Assembly (NCBI RefSeq): GCF_001194135.2
Contig: NC_068985.1
Span: forward strand, 20,451,477-20,515,476
Source of the DNA: Octopus bimaculoides
Taxonomy: Eukaryota
Direction: 5' to 3'
DNA length: 64,000 nt
In this document: positions 34,840 through 45,468 of the stretch, in pieces
How positions within the stretch are numbered: the stretch's first letter is position 1
Layout: each line of letters starts with the position of its first letter
Translations under genes and position numbers: made by a program
The notes under the pieces: model-generated
What the model saw: the letters and a program-made list of their open reading frames with translations, nothing else
What the model was told of the DNA's origin: nothing
The model's database searches: none

Positions 34840-35022
34840 AAGCAGGTACTGTCTGGGTCCCAGAATGGGATACCAGCCCATCGCAGGGTCACTCATTTAC
34901 AGTTGAGTGAACTGGAACAATGTGAAATGAAGTGTTTTGCTCAAGAACAAAATCCACTGGGAATTGAAACCACAATCTTGTGATCATAAGTGCAACACCT
35001 TAACCACTAGGCCATGTACCTT
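34840..35022 (-). mobile_element. SINE family D
   Basis: Reverse complement reads aggtacatggcctagtggttaagg...ggtttcaattccc...ttcttgagcaaaacacttcatttcac...gcgatgggctgg. Confidence 0.8.
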
Positions 35023-35474
35023 CACCAAGGAATGAAATTGGTTTCATATTCCAATAAAGCATCCTGGAAATGAATGATGTTATAAGATTGCAACTAAAAT
35101 TAATTTATTTTCTTGGTATTAAGAATCTATTGAACCAGTGACAGCCTTTAGTTTCAACTGCACAAAACAGATAGTTCATTTGTTCATTTAACATTTGTCT
35201 CCCTTGCTAGGTTGGGTTTCATGGAGGATTTATTTGAGGCAGGATTTTATGGTCAAATGCTCACTCTGTTACCAGTTCTTAGTTGCTTTCAAATAAGGGG
35301 CGTTATTTATTTTAAATGTCTTTGAAAATACAGAATGATGATTCATCATAAAGTCACTAAGGTATACCAATACCACTCAGCCAGTGGTAAGTATATACAT
35401 ATAAATATTTACATACCCACTTATATACATGCATGCACGCTTATACATCTGTGCACACATATACATACATACAA

Positions 35475-35690
35475 AAGTGGTGAGCTGGCAGAGATGTTAG
35501 CATGCCGGGCGAAATGCTTAGCAGTATTTCGTCTGTCTTTACGTTCTGAGTTCAAATTCCGCTGAGGTCAACTTTGCGTTTCATCCTTTTGGGGTCAATA
35601 AATTAAGTACCTGTTGCATACTGAGGTCGACCTAATCGAGTGCCCCCCACCTCAAAAATTTAGGACCTTGTGCCAAGAACAGAAAAAGAA
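35475..35690 (+). mobile_element. SINE family C
   Basis: Reads gtggtgagctggcagagatgttagcatgccgggcgaaatgcttagc...gagttcaaattccgctgagg...ggaccttgtgcc. Confidence 0.92.
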
Positions 35691-35722
35691 AAAAGTATAT
35701 ACATACATACATACATTCAAAT

Positions 35723-35939
35723 GTATGGCTGTTAGGTTAAGATCCTCAGTTTGCAAACACGTGATTTCAGGTTCAGAACGCATTGTACTGGGCAAGTGTC
35801 TTCTCATACAATCCCAGGGCTTTAGTTGACCTGGGGTTATTGCAGAAGACACTTGCTCATGATACCACATGGCAGGTTTGAACCAGAAATCATGTGTTTG
35901 GGAAGCAAACATTTTAAATAGACACCCACACTTGCACCT
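35723..35939. repeat. Two family A heads fused in inverted orientation
   Basis: gcaagtgtcttct (35792-35804) pairs perfectly with agaagacacttgc (35844-35856). 35756-35775 pairs with 35880-35899 at 18/20. Confidence 0.8.
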
Positions 35940-35977
35940 ATCTACATGTCTGTCTAAATAGATAGATACACAGATAG

Positions 35978-36022
<45 letters not shown>

Positions 36023-36075
36023 GAGACAAACAGACAGACAAGCAGGCAGGCAGGCAAACAGACAGACAGACAAAC

Positions 36076-36106
<31 letters not shown>

Positions 36107-36611
36107 AGCAGGTTTGGTAGAACAAACAGGAAGAATAGAACTCAATATTTTGGTAAGTGCCATGTACAGACTCTTGACCTTTGAGTTTCTTTTGTAACTT
36201 TCTTGTGAGGTGGTGAGGTGAGTCTACCATGTGTTATACTATTCATATGATGTATGGTTCACAGAAGACACAGGGTGCTTGAATGTTATAGGGAATGTCA
36301 CAACTTTCTACCATCTTATATTTAATATGTATATATGTAATCATCCCAAGAATATGGACTATGATTATAAGAAATATGTGATCTGTGGAAATGCACATAG
36401 CAATGCATTAGAATATTTATAAATTCCATCCATGGAATATTATTGGTGTTGTTGTTGTTGTTATTATTATTACTATATTTATCCTATATTATAGCAGCAC
36501 AGCTTGGTACAACCCCAAAAAAACTGCTATTACCAGCTGATATCATAAGGATGTAGACATAATGAAGTAGGAGCTTTTATGTGTATATTCAAAAACGTTT
36601 CCCATATGCAA

Positions 36612-36691
<80 letters not shown>

Positions 36692-36724
36692 ATAGATAGA
36701 TAGATAGATAGATAGATTGATAGA

Positions 36725-36830
36725 TAATCATCATCATCATCATCATCATTGTTTAATGTTCACCTTCCATGCTAGCATGGGTTGGACGGTTTGACTGAAG
36801 ACTGGCAAGCCAGGAGACTGCACCAGACTT
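36725..36830 (-). mobile_element. Family B 3' end
   Basis: Reads (atc)n...ccttccatgctagcatgggttggacggtttgactgaagactggc. Confidence 0.85.
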
Positions 36831-37505
36831 CTATATCAGCAATTTTCCCCTTGCTTTCATCGATGTGATATTCAGGGAGGAAATTTCGGATATTTGCATA
36901 TAGAAGAAATTGTTTATACAGCGGGATAGTCTTGTTTCTATTATGCACATCTTCACTCATTCACTAAGAGAACGGTAGAACTTGTCAATTAGCCAAATTG
37001 TAAGAAGCAGAGTTATTTCCCTTAGTCCATGGGCACTGCGATGAGTATAGACATTTTCTATAGCCCGTTATATATAATATCACTGTTACTAATTTTATCT
37101 ATCCCGGTTCTTCACCTTGTGTTGCACTGTGTTATCCGTCGCCATTCGTTTTTAGACTTATAATTGTTAATTAGCAGCATAAACATGCAGCCACAAATCC
37201 ACAAAGGAGGAGTGTAGTTAATTGAATTCATCTCAGTATGCATCTTTTAACTCAAAGATTTCCTTGAAGACTGCATATCAACAAAGGCATTCCAACCACG
37301 ACCATACAGTGTATACTCTCTCTCTCTATATATATATTGGTTATACCTCATCCAGACTACATCGCCCAGCATGTCTTTATTTTTTAAAACAGTAGGTTTT
37401 CTTTTGAAGGGGATTTGATTCCACTTTTGAGCAGGCTTCGAGACCACTTATTGGTTTCCTTGTTGAGTTGACTCACTAGCATCTGTTTTTGTCAAAGCCA
37501 ACAAG

Positions 37506-38140
37506 CATGGCTGTGTGGTTAAGAAGCTTGCTTCTCAGCCATGTGGTCTCAATTCAGTCCCCCTGCATGGCACCTAGGGCAAGAGTTTTTTCCTAAAGCC
37601 CTGATCAAAACAAAGCCTTGTGAGTGAAATGGAAACTGAATTAAAAGGCGGCACGCTGGCAGAAACGTTAGCACGCCGGGCGAAATGCTTAGTGGTATTT
37701 CGTCTGCCGTTACGTTCTGAGTTCAAATTCTGCCAAGGTCGGCTTTGCCTTTCATCCATTTGGGGTCGATAAATTAAGTACCAGTTACACACTGGGGGTC
37801 GATGTAATCGACTTAATTCCTTTGTCTGTTCTTGCTTGTCCCTTCTATGTTTAGCCCCTTGTGGGCAATAAAGAAATAAGGAAACTGAAAGAAGACCACT
37901 CTGTATGTATGTGTGTGTGTCTGTGTGTGTTTGTGCATAGCCTTGTTTTGACCTCATGTGATCTTGTTCATTTCCAATCTTCTATGAGAAAAATGTGTAG
38001 TCATGGGAAATATTGCCTTGCTTGAAAACAGGTGAGGGTTGGTGAGGGGAAGGGCATCCAGCCATAGAAAGTCTGCATCAGCAAATTCCATCCAACTCTA
38101 TGTGAGCATAGAAAAGTGGACACTAAACGACGATGGTGAT
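37506..38140 (+). mobile_element. SINE family A2 split by a nested family C copy
   Basis: Head at 37506-37640; the body resumes at 37880 (gaaactgaaagaag) through to cactaaacgacgatggtgatg. Confidence 0.8.
37641..37879 (+). mobile_element. SINE family C (C1 tail), full length, with 10-bp TSD
   Basis: TSD GGAAACTGAA at 37631-37640 and 37880-37889. A-box-like tggcagaaacgttagc and B box gagttcaaattc are present. Confidence 0.93.
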
Positions 38141-38714
38141 GAACCTTGACAGGAAGGTGGAATGATGATATACTTTGATATTAGTAATGGGAGTAGTAAA
38201 ATCTGAAATTGTATAGTTTCGAATCATTAATTCCAACACCATTTAGTCACTGCAGCACCGCCTACCAATAATACAAGCAAGAGTTCTGTTGACAATATCA
38301 GAGCACAGAGCAATCAAAATTTGTTACATTTCATTCTGATTTTTTATTAATTCTTTTATTGCTTTTACTAAGTAAATTGTGACCATGCTGTGACTCTGCT
38401 TTGAAGGGTTTTTATTGATTATATCAACATCAATACTTGTTTGTGTCTGGTACTTTCATTCTATCGATTTCTATTATTGAACCAATTATTTGTTATATGT
38501 AGACACAGGTATAGCTGTGTGGCAAAAGAAAATGATAGAAAAAATACTAGACTTAAAAAATTAAGTACAGGTGTCAATCTGTTTGATTAAACCCTTCAAA
38601 GTGGTGCCACTGCATGGCTGCAATCTAATGATAGAAATAAGTAAAAACTGTAAGGCAGAAGATGTCTCATCCTGAATCCATCATATTTCCTCCACTTCTC
38701 ACCTCTGTTATTGT

Positions 38715-39167
38715 GCAGGTGTGGCTGTGTGGTAAGGAGTTTGCTTCCCAACCACATAGTTCCAGGTTCAGTCCCACTGTGTGACATATTGGGCAAGTGT
38801 CTTCTGCTATAGCCTTGGGCCAACCAAAGCCTTGTGAGTGGATCTGGTGGACAGAAACTGAAAGAAGCCTGTCATAGACTCTTGGCGATATACCGTGTTT
38901 GAGAAGATCTGTCAAGTCAAGTGAAATCATAATCGTGGCAGATACCGGTTTCATGAAGTTGGCACCCATGCCAGTGGTCCATGAAGGCACTCATTACGTT
39001 CTTGTAGTGGTTGGCGTTAGAAAGAAAATCCAGCTGTAGAAACCATGTCAAATCAGGCAGGAGCCTGGTGCAGCCCCTCAGCTTATCAGCCCTGGTCAAC
39101 CCGTCCAACCCATGCCAGCATGGACAATGAACATTAACTGATGATGATGATGATAATGATGATGATG

Positions 39168-39218
<51 letters not shown>

Positions 39219-39505
39219 TGTGTGGTCCAATCCATGCCAGCATGGAAAGAGGATGTTAAATGATGATGATGATGTATATCTATGTATGTGTGTCTTTATG
39301 TCTGTGTTTGCCCCCCCACCAATGTGTGACAACTGTTGTTGGTTTATTTACATCCCTATAACTTGGTGGTTCAGTAAAAAAGACCAATAGAGTAAGTACC
39401 AGGTTTTAAAAATGAACTGGGGTCAATTTGTCCGACTAAAAACTCTTCAAGACGGTACCCCAGCATGGCCGCAGTCTAATGATTGAAACAAGTGAACGAT
39501 ATCAT
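38715..39505 (+). mobile_element. SINE family A1 split by an RTE 3' end and (TA)n
   Basis: Head at 38715-38876 and tail at 39285-39505, collinear with 41492-41914. Confidence 0.85.
38877..39170 (+). mobile_element. RTE LINE 3' end (last RT codons plus the family B UTR)
   Basis: Starts gactcttggcgatataccgtgtttgagaagatctgtcaag (DSWRYTVFEKICQ, like the RTE terminal WRxAVLEKT). Ends ccatgccagcatggacaatgaacattaactgatgatg. Confidence 0.8.
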
Positions 39506-39568
39506 ATATTTTCTCTCAGTCTTTGTTATTCGATATAATCTAATCTATTAATTTTTATCTTATAACAG

Positions 39569-39644
39569 ACCACCAATTGATAGTCCAACTTCCATTTTTT
39601 CTGCTTGGGAAACATTATTTCAAGAAACTGAGAATGATGCACAG
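39569..39644 (+). CDS. Coding exon 2 of 3 seen, F-BAR-like protein (phase 2 to phase 0)
   Basis: Bounded by atttttatcttataacag| and |gtttgt; 76 nt. It completes the AG+A Arg codon from exon 1, then reads PPIDSPTSIFSAWETLFQETENDAQ. S.F.AWxxLLxExExxA is typical of F-BAR helix 2. Confidence 0.85.
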
Positions 39645-39795
39645 GTTTGTATGCTTTCAAAACATTGTCTTTCCTTTAAATGTTTACAATTTCGAATGTT
39701 ACAACTTCAAATATAATACAGTCCTATATTTAAGAGATGAGGAATTATGTACATTATTTACATTTGATGGATATTTGTCCTCATTTTGCTTGTTG

Positions 39796-39842
39796 TTAAC
39801 ACGTTTTGGCTGATATACCCTCCAGCCTTCATCAGGTGTCTT
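39796..39842 (-). ncRNA. Minimal hammerhead-like motif (defective)
   Basis: Reverse complement reads AAGACAC CTGATGA A GGCTG-gagggtatat-CAGCC AAAA C GTGTT. CUGAUGA, stem II and stem I (GACAC/GTGTT) are present, but GAAA is AAAA and the stem III/cleavage segment is too short. Confidence 0.55.
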
Positions 39843-39881
39843 GGGTATTTTTCGATGTTATCATTATTATTATTATTATTC

Positions 39882-39955
39882 AGGTCACTGCTTGGAATTG
39901 AACTCGGAATCTTGGGGTTGGTAGCCTGCACTCTTAACCACTATGCCATATGCCC
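39882..39955 (-). promoter_or_regulatory. tRNA-derived segment with Pol III A and B boxes, followed by (AAT)n
   Basis: Reverse complement reads GGGCATA TGGCATAGTGG TTAAGAGTG...CC GAGTTCAATTCC AAGCAGTGACCT. The acceptor stem does not pair, so this is not a tRNA gene. Confidence 0.75.
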
Positions 39956-40899
39956 ATGGGCAATTATGGACTGAATTTTAGGGCTTATAAATCTAATATT
40001 TTCCTATCCTTCCTTAATACTGGTTCCGATATGCTACTCATATCTGCACTCAGTCCGCTTAGGAGGTTGTTGTGTCCTAGCATATGTGCTGCTTCTTTTA
40101 GTTTTTGAATTTTGTTGAATCCAGCAGTGTTCTCTGTCTATTATTTTAACTTCATTCCACAGGGGGTGGTGGTCTCCATTTTTCCATACATGATCAGCTA
40201 TACCTGATTTATCAATATCTCCTCATGTCACAGCTTTGCGATGTTTGTCTACCCTTATTTTGAGGGGACGACATGTTTTGCCTTTGTATAACCTACCACA
40301 GCTGCATGGGATGGAGTACATGCAGTCTCTGGCCATATTCTCTTCTATTGGTAGTTTTACTCGAAGGAGATATTTGCAAAGTGTTGTATTACTCTTGAAT
40401 ACTGTCCTGATGTCATATGGGCTGCATATCTTTTGTATCTTTTTGGAGAGGCCTTTCACATTGGGTAGACAGACTGTGGACGGTTTATTGGAATCATATT
40501 CTCTTTTCTTCATAATTGGAGTGGATACTCTGTTTTTATTTTGGCGTAGTGGTTCAAATATAATATTCATAGTTCAAAATACAGTGGATACGTTTTTGGA
40601 CACACAAATTACTGCTGACACTTTTGTAGGTATCAAGTATTTTAGTACAGCCTCTTTGGCCCCGCCTATTTCGCACTGTTGATTCAACACTAACTTATTT
40701 GACATCAGTCATTTTAACATTTCTCTTGTTCTCTCCCTCTCTATCTATCTGTCTGTTTCTTCCTGCCCCCACTCTCTGTTTATGTGTGTGAGTACATTTC
40801 TCTCTATGTGTCCGAGGAGAGGGAAATGTTTATGTCATTTGTGTTCAATTAATAGATTGTAATCTCTCTCTCTTTTTATCTCTCTCTATATATATTTCT

Positions 40900-41165
40900 G
40901 TGCATGGGTGTATGTGTGTGTGTGTGTGTGTGCGTGCGTGTGTTTGTGTGTGTGCATGTTTGTGTGTGTGTTGTGTGCATGTGTGTGTGTGCATTTGCGT
41001 GTGTGCACGTGTGTGTATGTTTGTGTGTGTTGTGTGTGTATGTGTGTGTGTGCATGTGTGCATGTGTGGGTATGTTTGTGTGTGTGTGTGTGTGTGTGTC
41101 TGTGTGTCTGTGTGTGTGTGTGTGCGCATGTGTCTGTGTGTGTGTCTGTGTGTGTGTGCGTGTGA
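40900..41165. repeat. Long degenerate (TG)n
   Basis: Directly visible. Confidence 0.95.
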
Positions 41166-41491
41166 TAGAATGTTTCCAGTGCCAAAAAGTATTGTTGCCA
41201 AAACAGATTAGACATCCAGTCAGCTGTATCAAATCATCAACTTCCAAACAGCTGCACCCAGTTGTCTCATTTCAACTTTTCATTACTATTTCATATCAAC
41301 CGGAGAATGTGGCATTCACCGTTGGTTACAGGTTGGCAACATTCTAATCAAAGGTTCACTGCACTTATGATGGCAACAGTGCAGGTCAGAGAAAGCAAAT
41401 ACTGCATGGTATTTTAATTTGAAAGCCTCTGTTTATTTCCTTATTAAAAGATTACAAATTTTGTTGAAAGACATCAGTGAAATATATATAT

Positions 41492-41914
41492 AGGCGCAGG
41501 AGTGGCTGTGTGGTAAGTAGCTTGCTTACCAGCCACACGGTTCCGGGTTCAGTCCCACTGCGTGGCACCTTGGGCAAGTGTCTTCTACTATAGCCTCAGG
41601 CCGACCAAAGCCTTGTGAGTGGATTTGGTAGACGGAAACTGAAAGAAGCCCGTCGTATATATGTATATATATATATATATATGTATGTGTGTTTGCGTGT
41701 CTGTGTTTGTCTCTCCCCCCCACCATTGCTTGGCAACCGATAGTGGTGTGTTTACGTCCCCGTAACTTAGTGGTTCGGCAAAAGAGACCGATAGAATAAG
41801 TACTAGGCTTACAAAGAATAAGTCCTGGGGTCGATTTGCTTGACTAAAGGTGGTGCTCCAGCATGGCCACAGTCAAATGACTGAAACAAGTAAAAGAGTA
41901 AAAAGAGTAAAGAG
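41492..41914 (+). mobile_element. SINE family A1, best-preserved full-length copy
   Basis: A-box-like tggctgtgtgg (41503), B-box-like gggttcagtccc (41545), CORE-like ccttgggcaagt (41568), internal (TA)n(TG)n, 3' module, and a (GAGTAAA)-type tail. Confidence 0.95.
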
Positions 41915-42034
41915 TTATATTCATGGTGTAGGCATCACTTGCAAGAGAGTAAGGCCTGGTAACAAGTATCATGCTTTCATTTACTGTTTTAGGTGTCTAT
42001 GTAGCCAAAGGACATAGAAACACTTAGATCCCTT

Positions 42035-42245
42035 CTATGCTTGACTTAGGGGAACATCACAAATGTAACAGTGGCAGGGAGAGGTTGCTGTACCAGCACT
42101 TGGATTATACTAAGTTTCAGCTGAGTAAGCTGGAACAATGTGAAATTATGTGCCTTCCTCAAGAAAATTACATACCACCAGGCCCAGGAATCAAACCCAT
42201 GATTTTATGATTGTGAATCCAACACTCTAACCACTTGGCCATATG
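42035..42245 (-). mobile_element. SINE family D, degenerate
   Basis: Reads gctggaacaatgtgaaat...caagaa...ggaatcaaaccc...ctctaaccacttggccat. Confidence 0.7.
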
Positions 42246-43671
42246 ACATGATTATTTACATACATATATACATGTATGTATGTATGTATGTATGGAAAAC
42301 AAACTTCAACCAGCTATTCTAATGTAAATAGGATACTTAATATAAATTCCGCATTTCACAAATATAGAATTGTCAGAATCAAAACAGTTTACAATAAAAT
42401 CCCGCTTATATCCCATTCAAATAACCAGAACTCTCAAGCTATCAACATTCAGAAAGAAAAAAGAAAAGAAAATGCATTGTTAATTAGGGTCCAGAGAATT
42501 TGTACTAGTTTGTGTTAATTAATTGCCTGTGAAAGAAATTTTCTTTCTAAAACGGATTGTTGCTTCTCAAAGTACAGTACAATATCATATTTTATTGCAT
42601 TTACAGAACCTGTATTTCAAGGTTATTAAAACTTGTTCTTTACTCAAATTATATTTCTTTATATTTCTCTCATTTCTATTTTACTCAGAGTATTAATGAT
42701 AACACTGATGTGTATGTAGAGTTTTAATGAGTTTTGTAAGGTGTTACATAATGAGTTATGTTAAGTTAAAAAGTGACGATCGAATATCCGGAAAATTCGA
42801 TTATCTGGCAACCCTTCTTCCCAGTGGTTTTGGATGGGAGAGAGTTTACTGTAATATAAAGCCTGAAAGGATATAGGATGTTGTTGCCGGGTATTAACAG
42901 GGGAATCTGGTGCAACATGTGCAGCACTATTAGGAAATTTTAATCAGAAACTTTTTAGCATTGGCCACCACCCAAAGGAATTGGCCTGTAGGAAAATGTT
43001 GTATACTGTTTTCGTAAAGAACATAATCAGTCGACTGAGACAGGGTTGTATCTGTGAACAAGAACAAGAACTCTATAAGCAAACGATATTACTAAAGGGA
43101 GGCAACTTTTACATATCTTAATATGGTTTTTGCTTACACGCAACTATTCTGGCTGAGAAACTACAAGATGAAAAAATTCAGTTGATAAAATTTAATGAAA
43201 TCAGTATTTCTGATATTGTAAATTCAATTACATACAATTAAATTACTTACATTTATTTTTTGCGAATACACAGATTTTCTGGAAAAAAATAAAATCAACA
43301 GATATATAGCATTACAAGAAATTAAATTTGAAATTATAAAATTGATAAAATATCTTTGTTTTTCCATTCACACAGGTAAAAGTGTGAATAAAATTAATTA
43401 ACGTTAAAAGTGTGTAATTTGATAAAATATGATTGAATTGTATAATTACATAGAGATTAATCTAATATGCACTTATATTGATACAGACAACTGCCATTTA
43501 CAATAAAATTAAAGCAATTCTTCCAAAGTGAGCATTTTATCTGGATAATATAATGTATGCTTCTGCTTGTGATAAGAATTTTGACACAGGACTAATTCTT
43601 TGGCTGAATTATTAAGTTTTAATACCTTGTTGGTATTAATTGATATGCCATAGTAATAAATTAGATAATGT

Positions 43672-43870
43672 TAAAAGCGATGAGCTAGCAGAAATGTTAC
43701 TGTGCCAGACAAAATACTATATTTACTGGCGTTTCTTTCAGTTCTGTACATTCTGAGTTCAAAAGTCACTGAGGTCCACTTTGCCTTTCATCATTTCGGA
43801 GTCAATAAAATAAGTACCAGTCTGACTAACTCCTTCCTGTTAGATAGCTGGCTTCATGCAAAGATTTGAA
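43672..43870 (+). mobile_element. SINE family C, degenerate
   Basis: Reads gatgagctagcagaaatgtta...ttctgagttcaaa...tttgcctttcatcatttcggagtcaataaaataagtaccag. Confidence 0.75.
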
Positions 43871-44141
43871 GCAATATATTAGTATCACTCTACAGCTTAG
43901 TTGGAGCTTCTAATTTGAGGCTCTGACAAAGTCATAGGGTAATACACAAACACTCAGCTATGAGTGCATTGCATCTTATAGCAGAAACAGCTGTAAGTTA
44001 AGGAAGTTCATTACTTAGTCTCTTATTTCTTTGTCATCAAGTTAATTTCTTAATAGACTCTGTACTTCACTAATCCTATTTTCTGAAGAATATGTGTATT
44101 GAGTTCTAACACCAGGTTGTTAGTATTGTTATGACTAAGTG

Positions 44142-44142
<1 letters not shown>

Positions 44143-44185
<43 letters not shown>

Positions 44186-44283
44186 GCAACAACAACAACA
44201 ACAACAACAATAACAACAACAATAACAATAATAATAATAATAATAATAATAACAATAATATTGATAATAATAAATAATAATAA
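44143..44283. repeat. (AAC)n grading into (AAT)n
   Basis: Directly visible. Confidence 0.95.
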
Positions 44284-44660
44284 TGCCCTGATGCAATACC
44301 AGGCAGTGGATCTCATGGCTTCTGATCTTAACTGATTGGAAGTGTTATTATGTACATGTTTTGTCTTGGTATAAAAGATGGGCTACAGCAAATATTCTGC
44401 TCAATACGACAGATTTGCTTGTCAGTTGCTTAACCTTAACCAGTTGAGCATGTCACTTCGTTGTTTACAATATGTGCATCTCTGATCATGAGCAGAAGTA
44501 GTGGGGAAGCATCATAGCCATGTGTTGAGAGGAATTCTTTGGGGTTTGGATAATTCACTTTTGGAAATGTGGATGTTTTGTTCAACATCCTCAAATAACC
44601 CTTATTCAGAGACCTTTTGAGTGGGATGGGCTACTCGACCTGAAGAAAATTCTAACTGGT
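44284..44660 (-). mobile_element. Probable retroposon 3' segment ending in the (ATT)n tail
   Basis: Compositionally distinct block abutting the (AAT)n array. It is single-copy in this window, so the family cannot be confirmed here. Confidence 0.35.
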
Positions 44661-45094
44661 CTTTGCAAACCTGGAATCAAACAGGCATAGTGGGTCAATA
44701 AGTATGGAATTTTGCTTTTCCTTATCTATAATCGTTATGTCTGGTCTATTATTTTCTAATATCATGTCCATTTCATAGTGGTTCACTCCTTTACTTTTTA
44801 GTATAGTTACTACTCTGATCTCTTCTTGAGAGTTTACAACTAGCTATTTTGCTTGATGCAAATCAGTGACTGGTGATCACTTTGAGAATGAGCCAGTTTC
44901 TAATGTATATTCAAGTCTCCTGCATTGGAATTTCAACAACATCAACAGGGTGTTTGTGCATGTTTGTGTGTATGTGTGCAATATTTGGAGTCAGTGTATG
45001 CACAGATTTTTATTTTCTATTTCATATGTGTATGTCATTATTCAGTGTTATTTCCAGTTTTCTTGCCAACAGAGAAAGAGCCGGTTTCTAACCT

Positions 45095-45468
45095 TAGCAC
45101 CATTTGAGCGTGATCGTTACCAGCGTCGCCTTACTGGCACTTGTGCCGGTGGCACATTAGAAAATCATTCGAGCGAGGTCGTTGCCAGTGCCGCTGGACT
45201 GTCTCCTGTGCAGATGGCACGTAAAAAACACAATTTTGAGCGTGGCCATTGTCAGTACCGCGTGACTGGCCCTCATGCCGGTGGCACATAAAAGCACCCA
45301 CCACACTCTTGGAGTGGTTGGCGTTAGGAAGGGCATCCAGCTGTAGAAACTCTACCAGATCAGATTGGAGCCTGGTGCAGCCATCTGGCTTGCCAGTCCG
45401 CGGTCAAATCGTCCAACCCATGCTAGCATGGAAAGCGGATGTTAAACGATGATGATGATGATGATGAT
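45095..45468 (+). mobile_element. Family B (RTE-type 3' UTR), long copy
   Basis: Collinear with 57840-58230, with internal repeats of tggcac(g/a)taaaa and a (GAT)n tail. Confidence 0.9.

Larger units (their letters stand above)
39725..40690 (-). pseudogene. Penelope-like element: linker plus GIY-YIG endonuclease and 3' terminal repeat
   Basis: Reads VCLPNVKGLSKKIQKICSPYDIRTVFKSNTTL...DCMYSIPCSCGRLYKGKTCRPLKIRVDKHRKAVT*GDIDKSGIADHVW...WNEVKIIDRE...KEAAHM; the frame ends at TAA 39987-39985. Confidence 0.9.

Noticed and set aside
41492-41565. tRNA genes at the heads of families A, C and D and at 39882-39955
   Set aside because: A and B boxes are present but there is no pairing acceptor stem or anticodon arm; these are tRNA-derived promoters.
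42775-42852. Tigger/pogo-like terminus (gagagtttactg|ta)
   Set aside because: No matching second end was found.
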